Of a DNA stretch of 64,000 bases, positions 27,801 to 39,350 are shown piece after piece (the first letter of the stretch is position 1; each line of letters begins with the position of its first letter). The DNA lies in assembly GCA_963742925.1 (NCBI GenBank), contig CAVUNV010000008.1:352745-416744 (forward strand). Reading direction: 5' to 3'. This DNA comes from an uncultured Actinomycetes bacterium. GTDB taxonomy: Bacteria; Actinomycetota; Thermoleophilia; Gaiellales; Gaiellaceae. The position numbers and the translations under genes are program-made. Under the pieces are notes generated by a model. That model was not told the DNA's origin and ran no database searches. It saw nothing but the letters and a program-made list of their open reading frames with translations.

Positions 27801-28764
27801 TCGGCCGATCTTGACGCGCTTTCGTACCCAGTGCGAGACTGCGTCCCTGGTGCGCGTGCGCGTGCTCCTCTGTCTGGGTGCCCTTCTCGTTCCCATGCTC
27901 GACGCATCGTCCGGGCACACCGCCTTCCCCGGCACGAACGGCAGCATCGTCTTCGTCACCTCACAAGACTCGTACACCGGCTTGGTTTTAGGCCTGCGCC
28001 TAGTCAATCCCGACGGCAGCGGGTTGAAGGTGCTGACCCGGTCGGCGACAGACGCGCTACCGGCCTGGTCACCCAACGGGAAGCTGATCGCCTACGCAGG
28101 GGGCGATGCTCCGTGCAAGTTCGGCCTCTACACGGTTCGGGCTGACGGCTCGCAGCCCAAAGAGCTGCCCGAGCCATTCACTTGGTATGTCGACAGGCCG
28201 GCCTGGTCACCGGACGGCACGCGAATTGCAGTACCTGGTGCGCCTTGTCCAGGCGTCGGAGCCCAGATCTACATCCTGGATCTCGCGAAAGGGAAGTTCA
28301 GACCGCTCGGCGTCAACCATTCACGCTCGGAGGCGATCTTTGACGAGTCCCCGGCCTGGTCTCCCGACGGTGTCTGGATCTGCTTCAGCCGCGCCGTCCG
28401 CGAGTCGGCTCCGCACCTCTACCTGATTCGAGCCAACGGCACGGGCCTGCGGAAACTGTCCAACATGCCCGGAGAGAATCCCAGCTGGTCGCCCGACGGC
28501 GCGAGCATCGCGTTCGACAACGGGAAGAACGTGTTATCGATCGGGGCCGACGGCACCGGTCTGAGACGGCTGACCTTGGCGACTGTCGCCGAGGTCGATC
28601 CTGCCTGGTCACCCGACGGGGCCGCGATCGTCTACGCTCGCGCCCGGTCGCTCCGCAGGAATACCGTTTTCGATCTCTGGATGATGAACGCAGACGGCAG
28701 CGGACAAACGCTGCTGTCAAGAAACGGCACCGAGCCCGACTGGCAGTCGCTGCCGGGCGGTTGA
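27796..28764 (+). CDS. Secreted TolB-like beta-propeller protein (PD40/WD40-like repeats)
   Basis: Repeated P(A/S)WSPDG blades: PAWSPNGKLIAY, PAWSPDGTRIAV, PAWSPDGVWICF, PSWSPDGASIAF, PAWSPDGAAIVY. Signal-like VRVRVLLCLGALLVPML. The tracked ORF starts at TTG 27796; GTG 27850 is an alternative start. Confidence 0.8.
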   Translation: MRRPILTRFRTQCETASLVRVRVLLCLGALLVPMLDASSGHTAFPGTNGSIVFVTSQDSYTGLVLGLRLVNPDGSGLKVLTRSATDALPAWSPNGKLIAYAGGDAPCKFGLYTVRADGSQPKELPEPFTWYVDRPAWSPDGTRIAVPGAPCPGVGAQIYILDLAKGKFRPLGVNHSRSEAIFDESPAWSPDGVWICFSRAVRESAPHLYLIRANGTGLRKLSNMPGENPSWSPDGASIAFDNGKNVLSIGADGTGLRRLTLATVAEVDPAWSPDGAAIVYARARSLRRNTVFDLWMMNADGSGQTLLSRNGTEPDWQSLPGG

Positions 28765-28808
28765 TGCCATCGAGATTCGCCCCCTCGGCCCCCAGGGCCA
28801 GATACCGC

Positions 28809-28870
28809 GGCGCTCTCCCCGTTGTTGACCGACCTGTTTGGGCCGATCGCGGTCGGCTGATATGTGTTGA
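28809..28870 (+). repeat. Copy B of the direct repeat flanking the TolB-like gene
   Basis: GGCGCTCTCCCCGTTGTTGACCGACCTGTTTGGGCCGATC at 28809-28848, 45 nt after the TolB-like stop. Confidence 0.7.
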
Positions 28871-28875
28871 TCGTA

Positions 28876-28901
28876 GGTGGGCACTACGCGGAGGTGCCCA
28901 C
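28876..28901. terminator. Hairpin between convergent genes (GGTGGGCAC-N8-GTGCCCACC)
   Basis: A 9-bp perfect stem at 28876-28884 / 28893-28901, between the TolB-like stop (28764) and the stop of the reverse-strand small gene (28923). Confidence 0.45.
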
Positions 28902-28922
28902 CCCGATCAGTCCACCGCGAGG

Positions 28923-29186
28923 CTAGCTCTTCGCTGCGAGGCCGGCGAGCGCCTCGGCTCCCTTGTTGATGTGCTGAAGGGCTTGCTGCTGCACCTGCGC
29001 GCGAACGCTTCCTTCACTGAAGTGCGCAGTTGTGAACGTTTGAACGCCGAGGAGGATGTGCTGTGTAGCCTCAGCGATCCGTTCCCGCTCACCCTCCTCG
29101 AGGATCGGTTGGCGATTGTGAGGCGGATGGTGGAGAAGCCACCAGAGGAAGTTCGGCCACCACGGCGGGCAGATGCCGTCGTCCAT
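28923..29186 (-). CDS. Small hypothetical protein (87 aa, Trp/Pro/His-rich N-terminus, helical C-terminus)
   Basis: ORF 28923..29186: MDDGICPPWWPNFLWWLLHHPPHNRQPILEE.... AAAGGAG lies just upstream of the ATG (short spacing). The region has lower GC. No family was recognised. Confidence 0.45.
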   Translation of the reverse strand: MDDGICPPWWPNFLWWLLHHPPHNRQPILEEGERERIAEATQHILLGVQTFTTAHFSEGSVRAQVQQQALQHINKGAEALAGLAAKS

Positions 29187-29442
29187 GACGCTCCTTTCTC
29201 GCGGCAGCAGGGAGCGAGCGAGGCAGGAGCGGTTCCGCGTCAGTCACTATCAACCACCGCTGCGATGCAGGCATTCGCTTCCCTTCTCGTGCCGCCGCAG
29301 ACTGTGGGACAGATAGACCATGGGCTCTATGCCCTCTAGCGGCCCACCTCAAACCGGGGCGAGATCACCTCAGCGGGCTCGGCGGTCTCTTTCTAGGATC
29401 TGCCCAGGCGCAGTCGTGCCGACCGTCCCGAGGAGGAGCCCG

Positions 29443-29856
29443 ATGCCGTACGCGATTCGCTCTGTCGAGTACTACTACGCCAACGTCCGTGACGAGTTGG
29501 GGGCGGCGTACCGTGTGCTCTCGCAGCTCGCCGAGCGAGGCGTGGACCTGCTCGCGTTCACCGCGGTGCCGTTGGGCCCGGCACTCGTCCAGTTTGCGCT
29601 GTTTCCGGCCGACCCCAACAAGCTCGTGGCCGAGGCGCGCGCGGCGCAACTCCCGCTCGACGGGCCGCACCGTGCGCTCCTCGTGCAGGGAGACGACGAG
29701 CTCGGTGTCCTTGCCGGCGTTCACGAACGCCTCTTTCAGTCGGGCGTCGACATCTACGCGTCCTCCGCCGTGACCGACGCCCGTGGCGGCTTCGGGTACG
29801 TCGTGTACGTTCGCGAGGATCAGTTCGAGAGCGCCCTCCGAGCCCTCGAGCTCTGA
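29443..29856 (+). CDS. ACT-domain-like small protein
   Basis: GAGGAGGAGCCCG then ATG 29443. MPYAIRSVEYYYANVRDELGAAYRVLSQLAERGVDLLAF... and ...DELGVLAGVHERLFQSGVDIYASS look like two ACT-like beta-alpha-beta-beta-alpha-beta halves. Confidence 0.6.
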   Translation: MPYAIRSVEYYYANVRDELGAAYRVLSQLAERGVDLLAFTAVPLGPALVQFALFPADPNKLVAEARAAQLPLDGPHRALLVQGDDELGVLAGVHERLFQSGVDIYASSAVTDARGGFGYVVYVREDQFESALRALEL

Positions 29857-29981
29857 GCGGAGGCGCAGACGCCGATTCCCCATCGGTAGGAACACGGACG
29901 CCGATTCAGGGCAAGTACGGATGAAGACCGGACGACGCGGTGGCAGCCTTGAAGAGCACAACGCGTGCGAGAGGAGGCGTC

Positions 29982-30452
29982 ATGACCACCGCAGAGGCGA
30001 CCCGGGAGCTGGACGAGAAGCAGGTGGCCTACGAGTTGATCCCGCACAGCCACACGGAACGAGCGACGGAGGAGGCTGCGGCGCTCGGCGTGCGGCTCGC
30101 GGAGGTCGGGAAGACGGTCGTGCTCACCGGCCCGCAGGGCTATGTCCGGGCGGTCCTGCCGGCGTCGGAGTGGCTCGACCTGCACAAGGTGCGTGAGCAT
30201 CTCGACGGAGGCAAGGAGATCCGCCTCGCGACGGAGTCCGAGCTCGTCGGCGCTTACCCGACGTTCGAGCTCGGTGCCGTGCCGCCCTTCGGCGGGCCGC
30301 GCGGCGACAGGGTGATCGTCGACCGGCGCATCGCCAACCGCGAGTCGATCATCCTCGAGGCGGGCACCCACGAGCAGTCGATCCGGGTGCAGACGGCCGA
30401 CCTGCTCGCGCTGACGCAGGCCGAGATCGCCGACATCTGCCGAGACCAGTAG
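29982..30452 (+). CDS. YbaK/EbsC-type aminoacyl-tRNA editing (deacylase) domain protein
   Basis: RBS GAGAGGAGG precedes ATG 29982. KTVVL....YVRAVLPAS..LDLHKV and ELGAVPPFGGP are typical YbaK-family motifs. Confidence 0.8.
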   Translation: MTTAEATRELDEKQVAYELIPHSHTERATEEAAALGVRLAEVGKTVVLTGPQGYVRAVLPASEWLDLHKVREHLDGGKEIRLATESELVGAYPTFELGAVPPFGGPRGDRVIVDRRIANRESIILEAGTHEQSIRVQTADLLALTQAEIADICRDQ

Positions 30453-30465
30453 CAGGCAGGGGGAC

Positions 30466-31182
30466 GTGGCGACGACACCGGCGAAGCGGATTCGAGCGGC
30501 GGTCATCGGCACCGGCCGGATGGGAAGCGCGCTCGCGCTGCAGCTCGCAGCGGCCGGCCACGAGGTACGTGTCGGCTCCCGCGACCGGGAGCGAGGACAG
30601 GCGAAGGCAGCCGAGCTCGGCGCCGCCTTCGGAGGGACCTGCAGGGCGGCGGCCGCCAACGCGGAGGTCGTCGTTCTCGCCGTGCCCTGGGGCGCGGTGT
30701 TCGAGACGCTCGGGCTGCTCGGCGATCTCGAGGGAACCGTTCTCGTCGACATCACGAACCCGTTCAAGGAGGGCGGCTCGTTCGAGCAGTACGACCTGCG
30801 GGGATCGTCGGGCGCCGAGCAGATCCAGGCCTTCGCGCCCGAGGCACGGGTCGTGAAGGCCTGGAACCACATCTACTCGGCGGTCATCCGGCGCTCTCCC
30901 GACTTCGGCGGCGTCGCGGCAACGGTCTTCGTCGCCGGCGACGACGCGGAGGCGAAGGCGCTCGTCTCCGGCCTCGTGCGCGACCTCGGCTACGACCCCG
31001 CCGATGCCGGGCCGCTCGCCTCGTCGCGTTACCTCGAGCCGCTTGCCGGGCTGATGACGACGCTCGACCGCCTGAGCGGCGGCGAGCTCGTCCACGGGCT
31101 GAGACTGCTCAGGCGGGCGCGACGGGTTACGGCGCCCGCGGCGGTCGGTGCGGGTGCTCCGGCCACTCGTACACGGCCGTAG
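30466..31182 (+). CDS. NADPH-dependent F420 reductase (Npd/FNO-like)
   Basis: Rossmann AVIGTGRMGSALALQLAAAGHEV, VVVLAVPW, VLVDITNPF, RVVKAWNH and VFVAGDDAEAKALVSGLVRDLGYDPADAGPL. GTG start. Confidence 0.75.
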   Translation: MATTPAKRIRAAVIGTGRMGSALALQLAAAGHEVRVGSRDRERGQAKAAELGAAFGGTCRAAAANAEVVVLAVPWGAVFETLGLLGDLEGTVLVDITNPFKEGGSFEQYDLRGSSGAEQIQAFAPEARVVKAWNHIYSAVIRRSPDFGGVAATVFVAGDDAEAKALVSGLVRDLGYDPADAGPLASSRYLEPLAGLMTTLDRLSGGELVHGLRLLRRARRVTAPAAVGAGAPATRTRP

Positions 31183-31525
31183 CGAGTCGAGGCTCCTCGG
31201 ACAGGCAGTGCTCCCAGGAGGAGACGACGTCCCACAGCTCCGGCTCGGAGAGCATCCGCTCGAAGGCGTGCACGCCTTCCTCGGTCTCGAAGACGAACAC
31301 GGCCTCCCGGTCGGTGAGGAAGACCTTGTGGCTCTCGAGGCCGATCCTGCTCGGCTCGAACGGCGGGCCTTCCGCGAGGAACTCGCGCACGACGTCGGAA
31401 CGGCCCTCGGCGAGCGGGAGGACGATCGCGATGCTCCGGTGAGCCTTGTCCGAGCGGTGGACCTCGTTCGCATGCAGCGCTGCGAGCCGCTCCGACACCT
31501 CGGAGATGTCGATCTTGACTGTCAT
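31127..31525 (-). CDS. Hypothetical protein (132 aa)
   Basis: From ATG 31525 within ORF 31127..31630: [29 protein letters not shown]...[17 protein letters not shown]. The composition is coding-like. No family was recognised with confidence. Confidence 0.55.
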   Translation of the reverse strand: MTVKIDISEVSERLAALHANEVHRSDKAHRSIAIVLPLAEGRSDVVREFLAEGPPFEPSRIGLESHKVFLTDREAVFVFETEEGVHAFERMLSEPELWDVVSSWEHCLSEEPRLATAVYEWPEHPHRPPRAP

Positions 31526-31710
31526 ATCGCGACTGTCCCGCATCGCCCGGCTTCTGGAATCGGTGGAAGGACGGATCCCGGCTTCGGAGAACCCGCACCA
31601 CCCGGGGCACGGGCAAGCGCGGAAAATCACTGACCGAGGTTACGGCCAAGCCCCGAAGCAGCCCCGGATGCGCGTGCCTACGCTCGCCGGGACGACAGAA
31701 GGAGGCGGTC

Positions 31711-33216
<1,506 letters not shown>

Positions 33217-33220
<4 letters not shown>

Positions 33221-34545
33221 GCACGCCGGTCAGCCGGCTCGTTTGCGCCGGGTGCGGTGCGCAGCCGGACCCGGCCGATCCGTACCCGTTCCGATGCCCG
33301 AACGCGGGCCGCGGTGACGACGTCGACCACGTCCTCCGCCGCGAGCTCGACCTCACCGCCGTTCGCTTCCCGATCGACGATCCGGAGCCGAACCCCTTCC
33401 TGCGCTACCGGCAGCTTCTCCATGCCTTTCACCTCGGGCTCTCGGACGACGACTTCTGCGGGCTCGTGCGAGGCCTCGACGCGCAGGTCGCCGCCGTCGA
33501 CGGGCACGGGTTCGCGGCCACGCCGTTCGCGCGGAGCGACGAGCTGAGCGAACGCCTCGGCTTCTCCGCCGACGGAGGCGTGTGGGTGAAGAACGAGACC
33601 GGCAACGTCTCCGGCTCGCACAAGGGTCGCCATCTCTTCGGCGTGCTGATCCATCTCGAGGCGGTCGAGCGGCTCGGCCTGGCCGATCCGTCGCGGCGGC
33701 CCGACCTGGCGATTGCGAGCTGCGGCAACGCGGCGCTCGCCGCGGCCGTGGTCGCAGCCGCCGGGGAGCGCGTGCTGCGGGTGTTCGTCCCGGTCGACGC
33801 CGACCCGCTCGTCATGGCGCGCCTGGAAGAGCTCGGCGCGCAGATCACCGTCTGCCCGCGAACCGGCGAACCGGGGGATCCCACCTATCGCCGGCTCATC
33901 GACGCGCTCGACGAGGGCGCGGTCCCGTTCACGTGCCAGGGGAACCTCAACGGGCTCGCCGTCGAGGGCGGCCTGACGCTCGGCTACGAGCTCGCCGCCG
34001 CCGGCGCCCGGCTCGACCGGCTCGTGGTTCAGGTCGGCGGAGGCGCGCTGGCCAGCGCCTGCATCCAGGCCCTCCGGGAAGCAGGTCGCGCTCGGCGCGC
34101 TCTCCGCCGTTCCGCGTCTCGACACCGTCCAGACGGCCGGTGCGTGGCCGTTGAAGCGGGCCTTCGAGGCCGCGTCGTCACTCGGAGCCGGAGCTGTCCG
34201 CTACGCGGCGCAGCACCGGTCGGAGTTCATGTGGCCGTGGGAGCGCGAGCCTCACAGCATCGCCCACGGCATCCTCGACGACGAGACGTACGACTGGCTG
34301 GCCGTGGTGGAGGGCATGCTCGCGACCGGCGGCACCGCCCTCGTCGCCGACGAGGCCACCCTCACGCGTGCGAACGCGCTCGCGCGCGAGGCAACCGGAA
34401 TCGACGTCGACCCGACCGGATCGGCGGGGCTCGCCGGACTGCTCGCGCTGCGGGCGGAGGGCGAGGTCGGAGACGACGAGCGGGTGGCGGTCCTGTTCAC
34501 CGGGGTCACCCGGACGCTGAAGCCAACAAGGAGGAAGGACGATGA
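33217..34545 (+). CDS. Fold-type-II PLP enzyme, threonine-synthase-like, with an N-terminal Cys-rich segment (frameshift near 34084)
   Basis: GTG 33217 ([18 protein letters not shown]...PFRCPNAG). [17 protein letters not shown] (PLP Lys context), [18 protein letters not shown]. The C-terminal half [23 protein letters not shown]...VAVLFTGV is in the frame of ORF 34151..34597. The end is either 34545 (ATGA with the next gene) or 34597. Confidence 0.65.
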
Positions 34546-35502
34546 GAAGCTTTCAAGGTCGCGACATCCTGTCGTTGAAGGACTTCGAGCGGGCTGATTT
34601 CGAGCGCGTCTTCGAGATCTGCGACGACCTGGCCCCGATCGCGCGCAACCGGCGGAACTCGGACGTCCTGGCCGGGAAGACGCTCCTGACGGCCTTCTAC
34701 CAGCCGAGCACCCGCACCCGGCTCGCGACCGAGGCCGCGATGCACCGGCTCGGCGGTCACGTGCTCGGATTCTCCGACGCGAAGATGACGCGGGCCGGCG
34801 ACTTCTACCAGGAGTCGATCAAGGACACCGTCCACATGCTCGAGTACTACGGCGACGTCATCGCGATGCGCCACTTCGAGCAGGGCGCTCCCGCCGAGGC
34901 CGCCAGATGGGCGTCCGTGCCGGTGATCAACTGCGGCGACGGCTGGGGTGAGCATCCGACGCAGGTGCTGACCGACCTGTACACGACCCGGACCGAGCTC
35001 GGGCGCGTCGACGGGCTCACCTTCCTGCTCGTCGGCGACATGCGGATGCGGACGATGCACTCGATCCTCTACGCGCTCTCGCAGTTCGACGCGAAGGCCT
35101 ACGTCGTCGGGCCGCCCGGAGATGTCGCTCCTGCCCGAGTTCATGCTCGAGCTCGACGAGCGGAACGTCCGCTACGAGGAGGCCGACTCGGTCGAGGACG
35201 TGATCGAGGAGTGCGACGTGATCTACATGGAGCCGGTCGTCCAGGCCGACTACTCGGTGTCGCGCGAAGAGCGCGGCGACGGCGGCGGCGTAGCGACGAC
35301 GCCCCGGACGTACCAGGTGACGCGCGAGCTGCTGCGCGAGAAGGCGAAGACGGGCTCGATCATCCTGCACAGCCTGCCCCGCATGGACGAGCTGCCCGCG
35401 GACGTCGACGCCACGCGCCACGCCCGCTACTGGCAGGAGGCCTTCAACGGCGTCGTCCTGCGGATGGCGCTGCTGTCGCTCGTCCTCGGAGCGGCGGAAT
35501 GA
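34542..35502 (+). CDS. Aspartate-carbamoyltransferase-family paralogue with an altered second-substrate site (one +1 frameshift near 35118)
   Basis: RBS AAGGAGGAAGG then ATG 34542. Carbamoyl-P motifs QPSTRTR and EHPTQ, ATCase-like GDMRMRTMHS and HSLPR. The region equivalent to the ATCase Y-M-T-R-V-Q-K-E-R reads YMEPVVQADY. There is an insertion in SDAKMTRAGDFYQES. The C-terminal third is in ORF 35122..35502. Confidence 0.8.
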
Positions 35503-35508
35503 GCTGAG

Positions 35509-38066
35509 ATGGAGCTGACGCTCAACGGCGAGCAGGTCTCCGCCGAGCCGCGGGCCGACGAGAGCCTGCTCGAGCTGCTCCGCGAGCGCTTCGGGTTGCG
35601 CAGCGTCAAGGACGGCTGCGCACCCGAGGGCTCGTGCGGCGCCTGCACCGTGATCGTCGACGGGCGCGCGGTCGTCTCGTGTGCGCAGAAGGCGAGCCGC
35701 GTCGAGGGGAAACGGGTCGTCACGCAGGAGGGTCTGACGGGGGACGAACGCCGTCTCTGGGCCGACTGCTTCGTCGCGGCCGGCGCGTCCCAGTGCGGCT
35801 TCTGCTCGCCCGGCGTCGTGATGAAGGCCGAGGCGCTGCTGGCGAAGAATCCGGCGCCGACGCGCGAGGAGATCGCACACGCGCTGCTCGGCAACCTCTG
35901 CCGCTGCACGGGCTACGTGAAGATCGTCGACGCGATCGAGCTCGCCGCCGGCGCGCGGCGCGGCGAGCCGCTGCCCGTGCCGGATCGCAGCGGCCGCGTC
36001 GGCTCCAGGACCGCCCGCTACCGCGGTACCGAGCTCGCGCTCGGCGACAACCCGTTCGTCGGCGACATGACCGCGCCGGGCATGCTGCACGGCGCGCTCC
36101 GCTTCTCCGACCACCCGCGGGCGCGCGTGCTCGGCATCGACACCTCGAAGGCCGAGGCGTACCCGGGGGTGGTCGCGGTCGTCACGGCCGCCGACGTGCC
36201 GGGCGAGCGGGCGCAGGGGACGCTGACGCGCGACTGGCGGCAATTCGTGGCGGTCGGCGAGGAGACGGCCTACGTCGGCGACGTGCTCGCGGCCGTGGCT
36301 GCCGACAGCCGGCACGCGGCGCGCGAGGCAGCGGCGCTGATCGAGGTCGACTACGAGGTGCTCGAGCCGGTCACGACGCCGTTCCAGTACGGGGCGCGCG
36401 AGCTGTCGGTCTCGACCGTGAAGCGCGGCGACGTCGACGCGGCGCTCGCGCAGGCCGCTCACGTCGTCACCGAGAGCTATCGCACGCAGTTCATCGAGCA
36501 TGCTTTCCTGGAGCCGGAGGCGTCGCTGGCGGTGCCGAACGGCGGGCCGCTGCACGTCTACTCGCAGGGCCAGGGCGTGTGGGAGGACCGCCGCCAGATC
36601 GCCTCGTTCCTCGGCGTGCCGGAGGCCGACGTGCGCGTCACCCAGGTGTCGGCCGGAGGCGCGTTCGGCGCCAAGGAGGACCTGAACGTCCAGGCGCACG
36701 CGTCGCTGCTGGCGACCACGACCGGGCGCCCGGTGCTCGTCACGCTCTCGCGGAAGGAGAGCCTCCGCTTCCACGCCAAGCGCCACGCGATGTGGCTCGA
36801 GTACACGGCCGGCTGCGACGAGGACGGGCATCTCGTGGCCGTGCGCGCCCGCATCGTCGGCGACACCGGCGCCTACGCGAGCGTCGGCGACAAGGTCCTC
36901 GAGCGCGCCGCCGGTCACGCCTGCAGCGCCTACCGCGTGCCGAACGTCGACGTCGAGGCCCGGGCCGTGTACACGAACAACCCGCCCTGCGGGGCGATGC
37001 GCGGCTTCGGCGTCAACCAGTCGAACTTCGCCATGGAGGGCGTCCTCGACCTGCTGGCCGAGCAGGTCGGGATCGACGGCTGGGAGATCCGGTGGCGAAA
37101 CGCGCTCGCGCCCGGCGACCGGTTCGCCACCGGACAGGTGCTCGGCCCCGGTGTCGGCCTGAAGCAGACCTTGCTCGCCGTGCGCGACGCCTACCGCGAG
37201 GCGCGCTTCGCCGGCATCGCCTGCGGCGTCAAGAACACCGGCATCGGCAACGGCGTCACCGAGTTCGGCCGCGTCGTCCTGCGGCCGGAGAGCGACGGCA
37301 CCGTCACGCTCTACCACTCGTGGACCGAGATGGGCCAGGGCGTCCACACGATCCTGCAGCAGATCGCCTGCGAGGAGCTCGGCCTTCCCCCGGAGCGCGT
37401 GCGCGTGATCGTCGACACCGTTCATGAGCTCGACACCGGCCAGACGACCGCGTCGCGCTCGACCGTCCTCGGCGGCAACGCCGTGATCGACGCAGCCCGG
37501 AAGCTGAGGGCCGCCGGCCCGCTCGAGGAGCTGGCCGGGCGGGAGTTCGAGGGGACGTTCACCGTCGACTGGACGACCTCCGAACGACGCCGAGGAGCCG
37601 GTGACGCACCTCGCCTACGCGTGGGTGACACAGGTCGCGATCCTCGACGACGAGGGGCGGCTTGACGAAGGTGATCGCCGCCCACGACGTCGGCAAGGCG
37701 ATCAACCCCACGCTCGTCGAGGGGCAGATCGAGGGCGGCGTCCACATGGGGCTCGGGCAGGCGCTGTCCGAGGAGTTCGTCGTCGAGGGCGGCGTGCCCG
37801 TCACGACGACGCTCAAGTCGCTGCACATCATCCCGCCGAGCGGCATGCCGGACGTCGAGGTCGTCCTCGTCGAGGAACCGCAACCCGAGGGCCCGTACGG
37901 GGCGAAGGGCGTCGGAGAGGCGGCGCTGGTGCCGACCGCCGCCGCGGTTGCGGGGGCGTTGCACGCCTTCGACGGCATCCGGCGCACGCGCCTGCCGATG
38001 AAGGACTCGCCGGCTGCGCTCGCCGCCGTCCCCCATCTCGTCTCGCACCGAGGGGAGACGGCATGA
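35509..38066 (+). CDS. Fused [2Fe-2S] + molybdopterin-binding hydroxylase (XdhD / aldehyde-oxidoreductase-like, ~850 aa), two +1 frameshifts
   Basis: N-terminal plant-type and second 2Fe-2S motifs: [28 protein letters not shown]. Moco domain: [35 protein letters not shown]. The tail [11 protein letters not shown]...GQIEGG...GAKGVGEAA is in ORF 37662..38066. Breaks are near 37580 and 37667. No FAD-subunit gene lies nearby. Confidence 0.85.
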
Positions 38067-39350
38067 TCGTGACGTCTCTCGACCCGGTACGCGTCGTCGA
38101 CGGCGACCTCTGGGTGGAGAACGGGCGCGTCGCCCTCCCGGGAAGCGGCGTCCGCATCGAGCACGACGGCGCCCTGGTCGTTCCGGGGAACGTCTGCGCG
38201 CACACGCATCTCTACTCGGCGCTCGCACGCGGTATGCCGTACGAGCTGGAGCCGCCGGCGAACTTCCTGCAGATCCTGCAGCGCGTCTGGTGGCGGCTCG
38301 ATCGCGCGCTCGACGAGGACAGCATCAGAGCATCGGCGCTCGTCGGCGGTATGGAGGCCCTGCTCTCGGGCACGACCACGGTGATCGATCACCACGCGTC
38401 GCCGAATGCAATCGACGGGTCGCTCGACGTCATCGAGGACGCCCTCGAGTCGCTGGGCATGCGCTCGGTGCTCTGTTACGAGACCTCCGATCGCGACGGC
38501 TCGGATCGCAGCGTCGCGGGCATCGCCGAGAACTCCCGCTTCCTCGGGCGCATCAGGCGCGCGCAACCGCCGCTCACCCGGGCGATGGTCGGCGCGCACG
38601 CCGCGTTCACGCTCTCCGACGAGACGCTGCTCGCATGCGCCGAGATCGGCCCGCTGCACGTCCACGCCGCCGAGGACGGCGTCGACCGGGGAGCGGTCTC
38701 TCGACTGGCGGCGCTCGGAGTGCTCGACGAGCGGACGCTGCTCGCGCACGGCGTCCACCTCGACGCGGCGGAGATCGCAGCTCGTGCGCGCCGCGAACGC
38801 GACGGTCGCACACAACGCGCGCTCGAACATGAACAACTCGATCGGTCGCGCGTCCGTGGGCACGCTCGGGCCGCGGCTCGCGCTCGGCACCGACGGGATC
38901 GGGTCGGACATGTTCGAGGAGTCGCGCACGGCCTACTTCCGTCTTCGCGAGGACGACATGACCGCCGGAGCCGACTGGCCGCTCGCCCGTCTCGCCGAGA
39001 GCGCGCGGCTCGCCGGGCGTGTGTTCGACGAGCCCCTGCTCGGGACGCTCGAGCCGGGCGCACCTGCAGACCTCGTCGTCCTCGACTACCCGGCCCCGGC
39101 GCCGATCCGCGATGCGACCTTCGCCGGCCACTGGGTCTTCGGTCTCTCGTCCCGTGCCGTTCGCGACGTGATGGTCGCCGGCGAGTGGGTCGTGCGCGAC
39201 CGCCGCCTGGCCAGGGTCGACCAGCGGGAGCTCGCCGCCTCCGCGTGCGGCGAGGCCGAGCGCCTCTGGCAGCGGCTCGCCGCGATCGGGCCACACGAGT
39301 TCGAGCCGAAGGGAGGACGGCGATGGCCGTCGCAGCTGACAACCGCGTAG
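38063..39350 (+). CDS. ssnA: SsnA-like amidohydrolase (chlorohydrolase/aminohydrolase superfamily), one +1 frameshift near 38778
   Basis: ATG 38063 overlaps the upstream [20 protein letters not shown] (metal-binding HxH), [18 protein letters not shown]. It continues in ORF 38406..39350 with [14 protein letters not shown]...[10 protein letters not shown]...PADLVVLDY. Confidence 0.75.

Noticed and set aside
28761-29339. 192-aa forward ORF downstream of the TolB-like gene
   Set aside because: No RBS or motif, and it runs through the hairpin terminator. The reverse-strand 87-aa ORF with an RBS is a better, though still weak, explanation of the region.
31526-31710. Possible purine, xanthine or guanidine-type riboswitch in the 185-nt leader of the catabolic operon
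   Set aside because: I could not match the conserved cores I remember for guanine/adenine or ykkC-type riboswitches. Only generic GC hairpins are visible. It needs a covariance-model scan before any claim.
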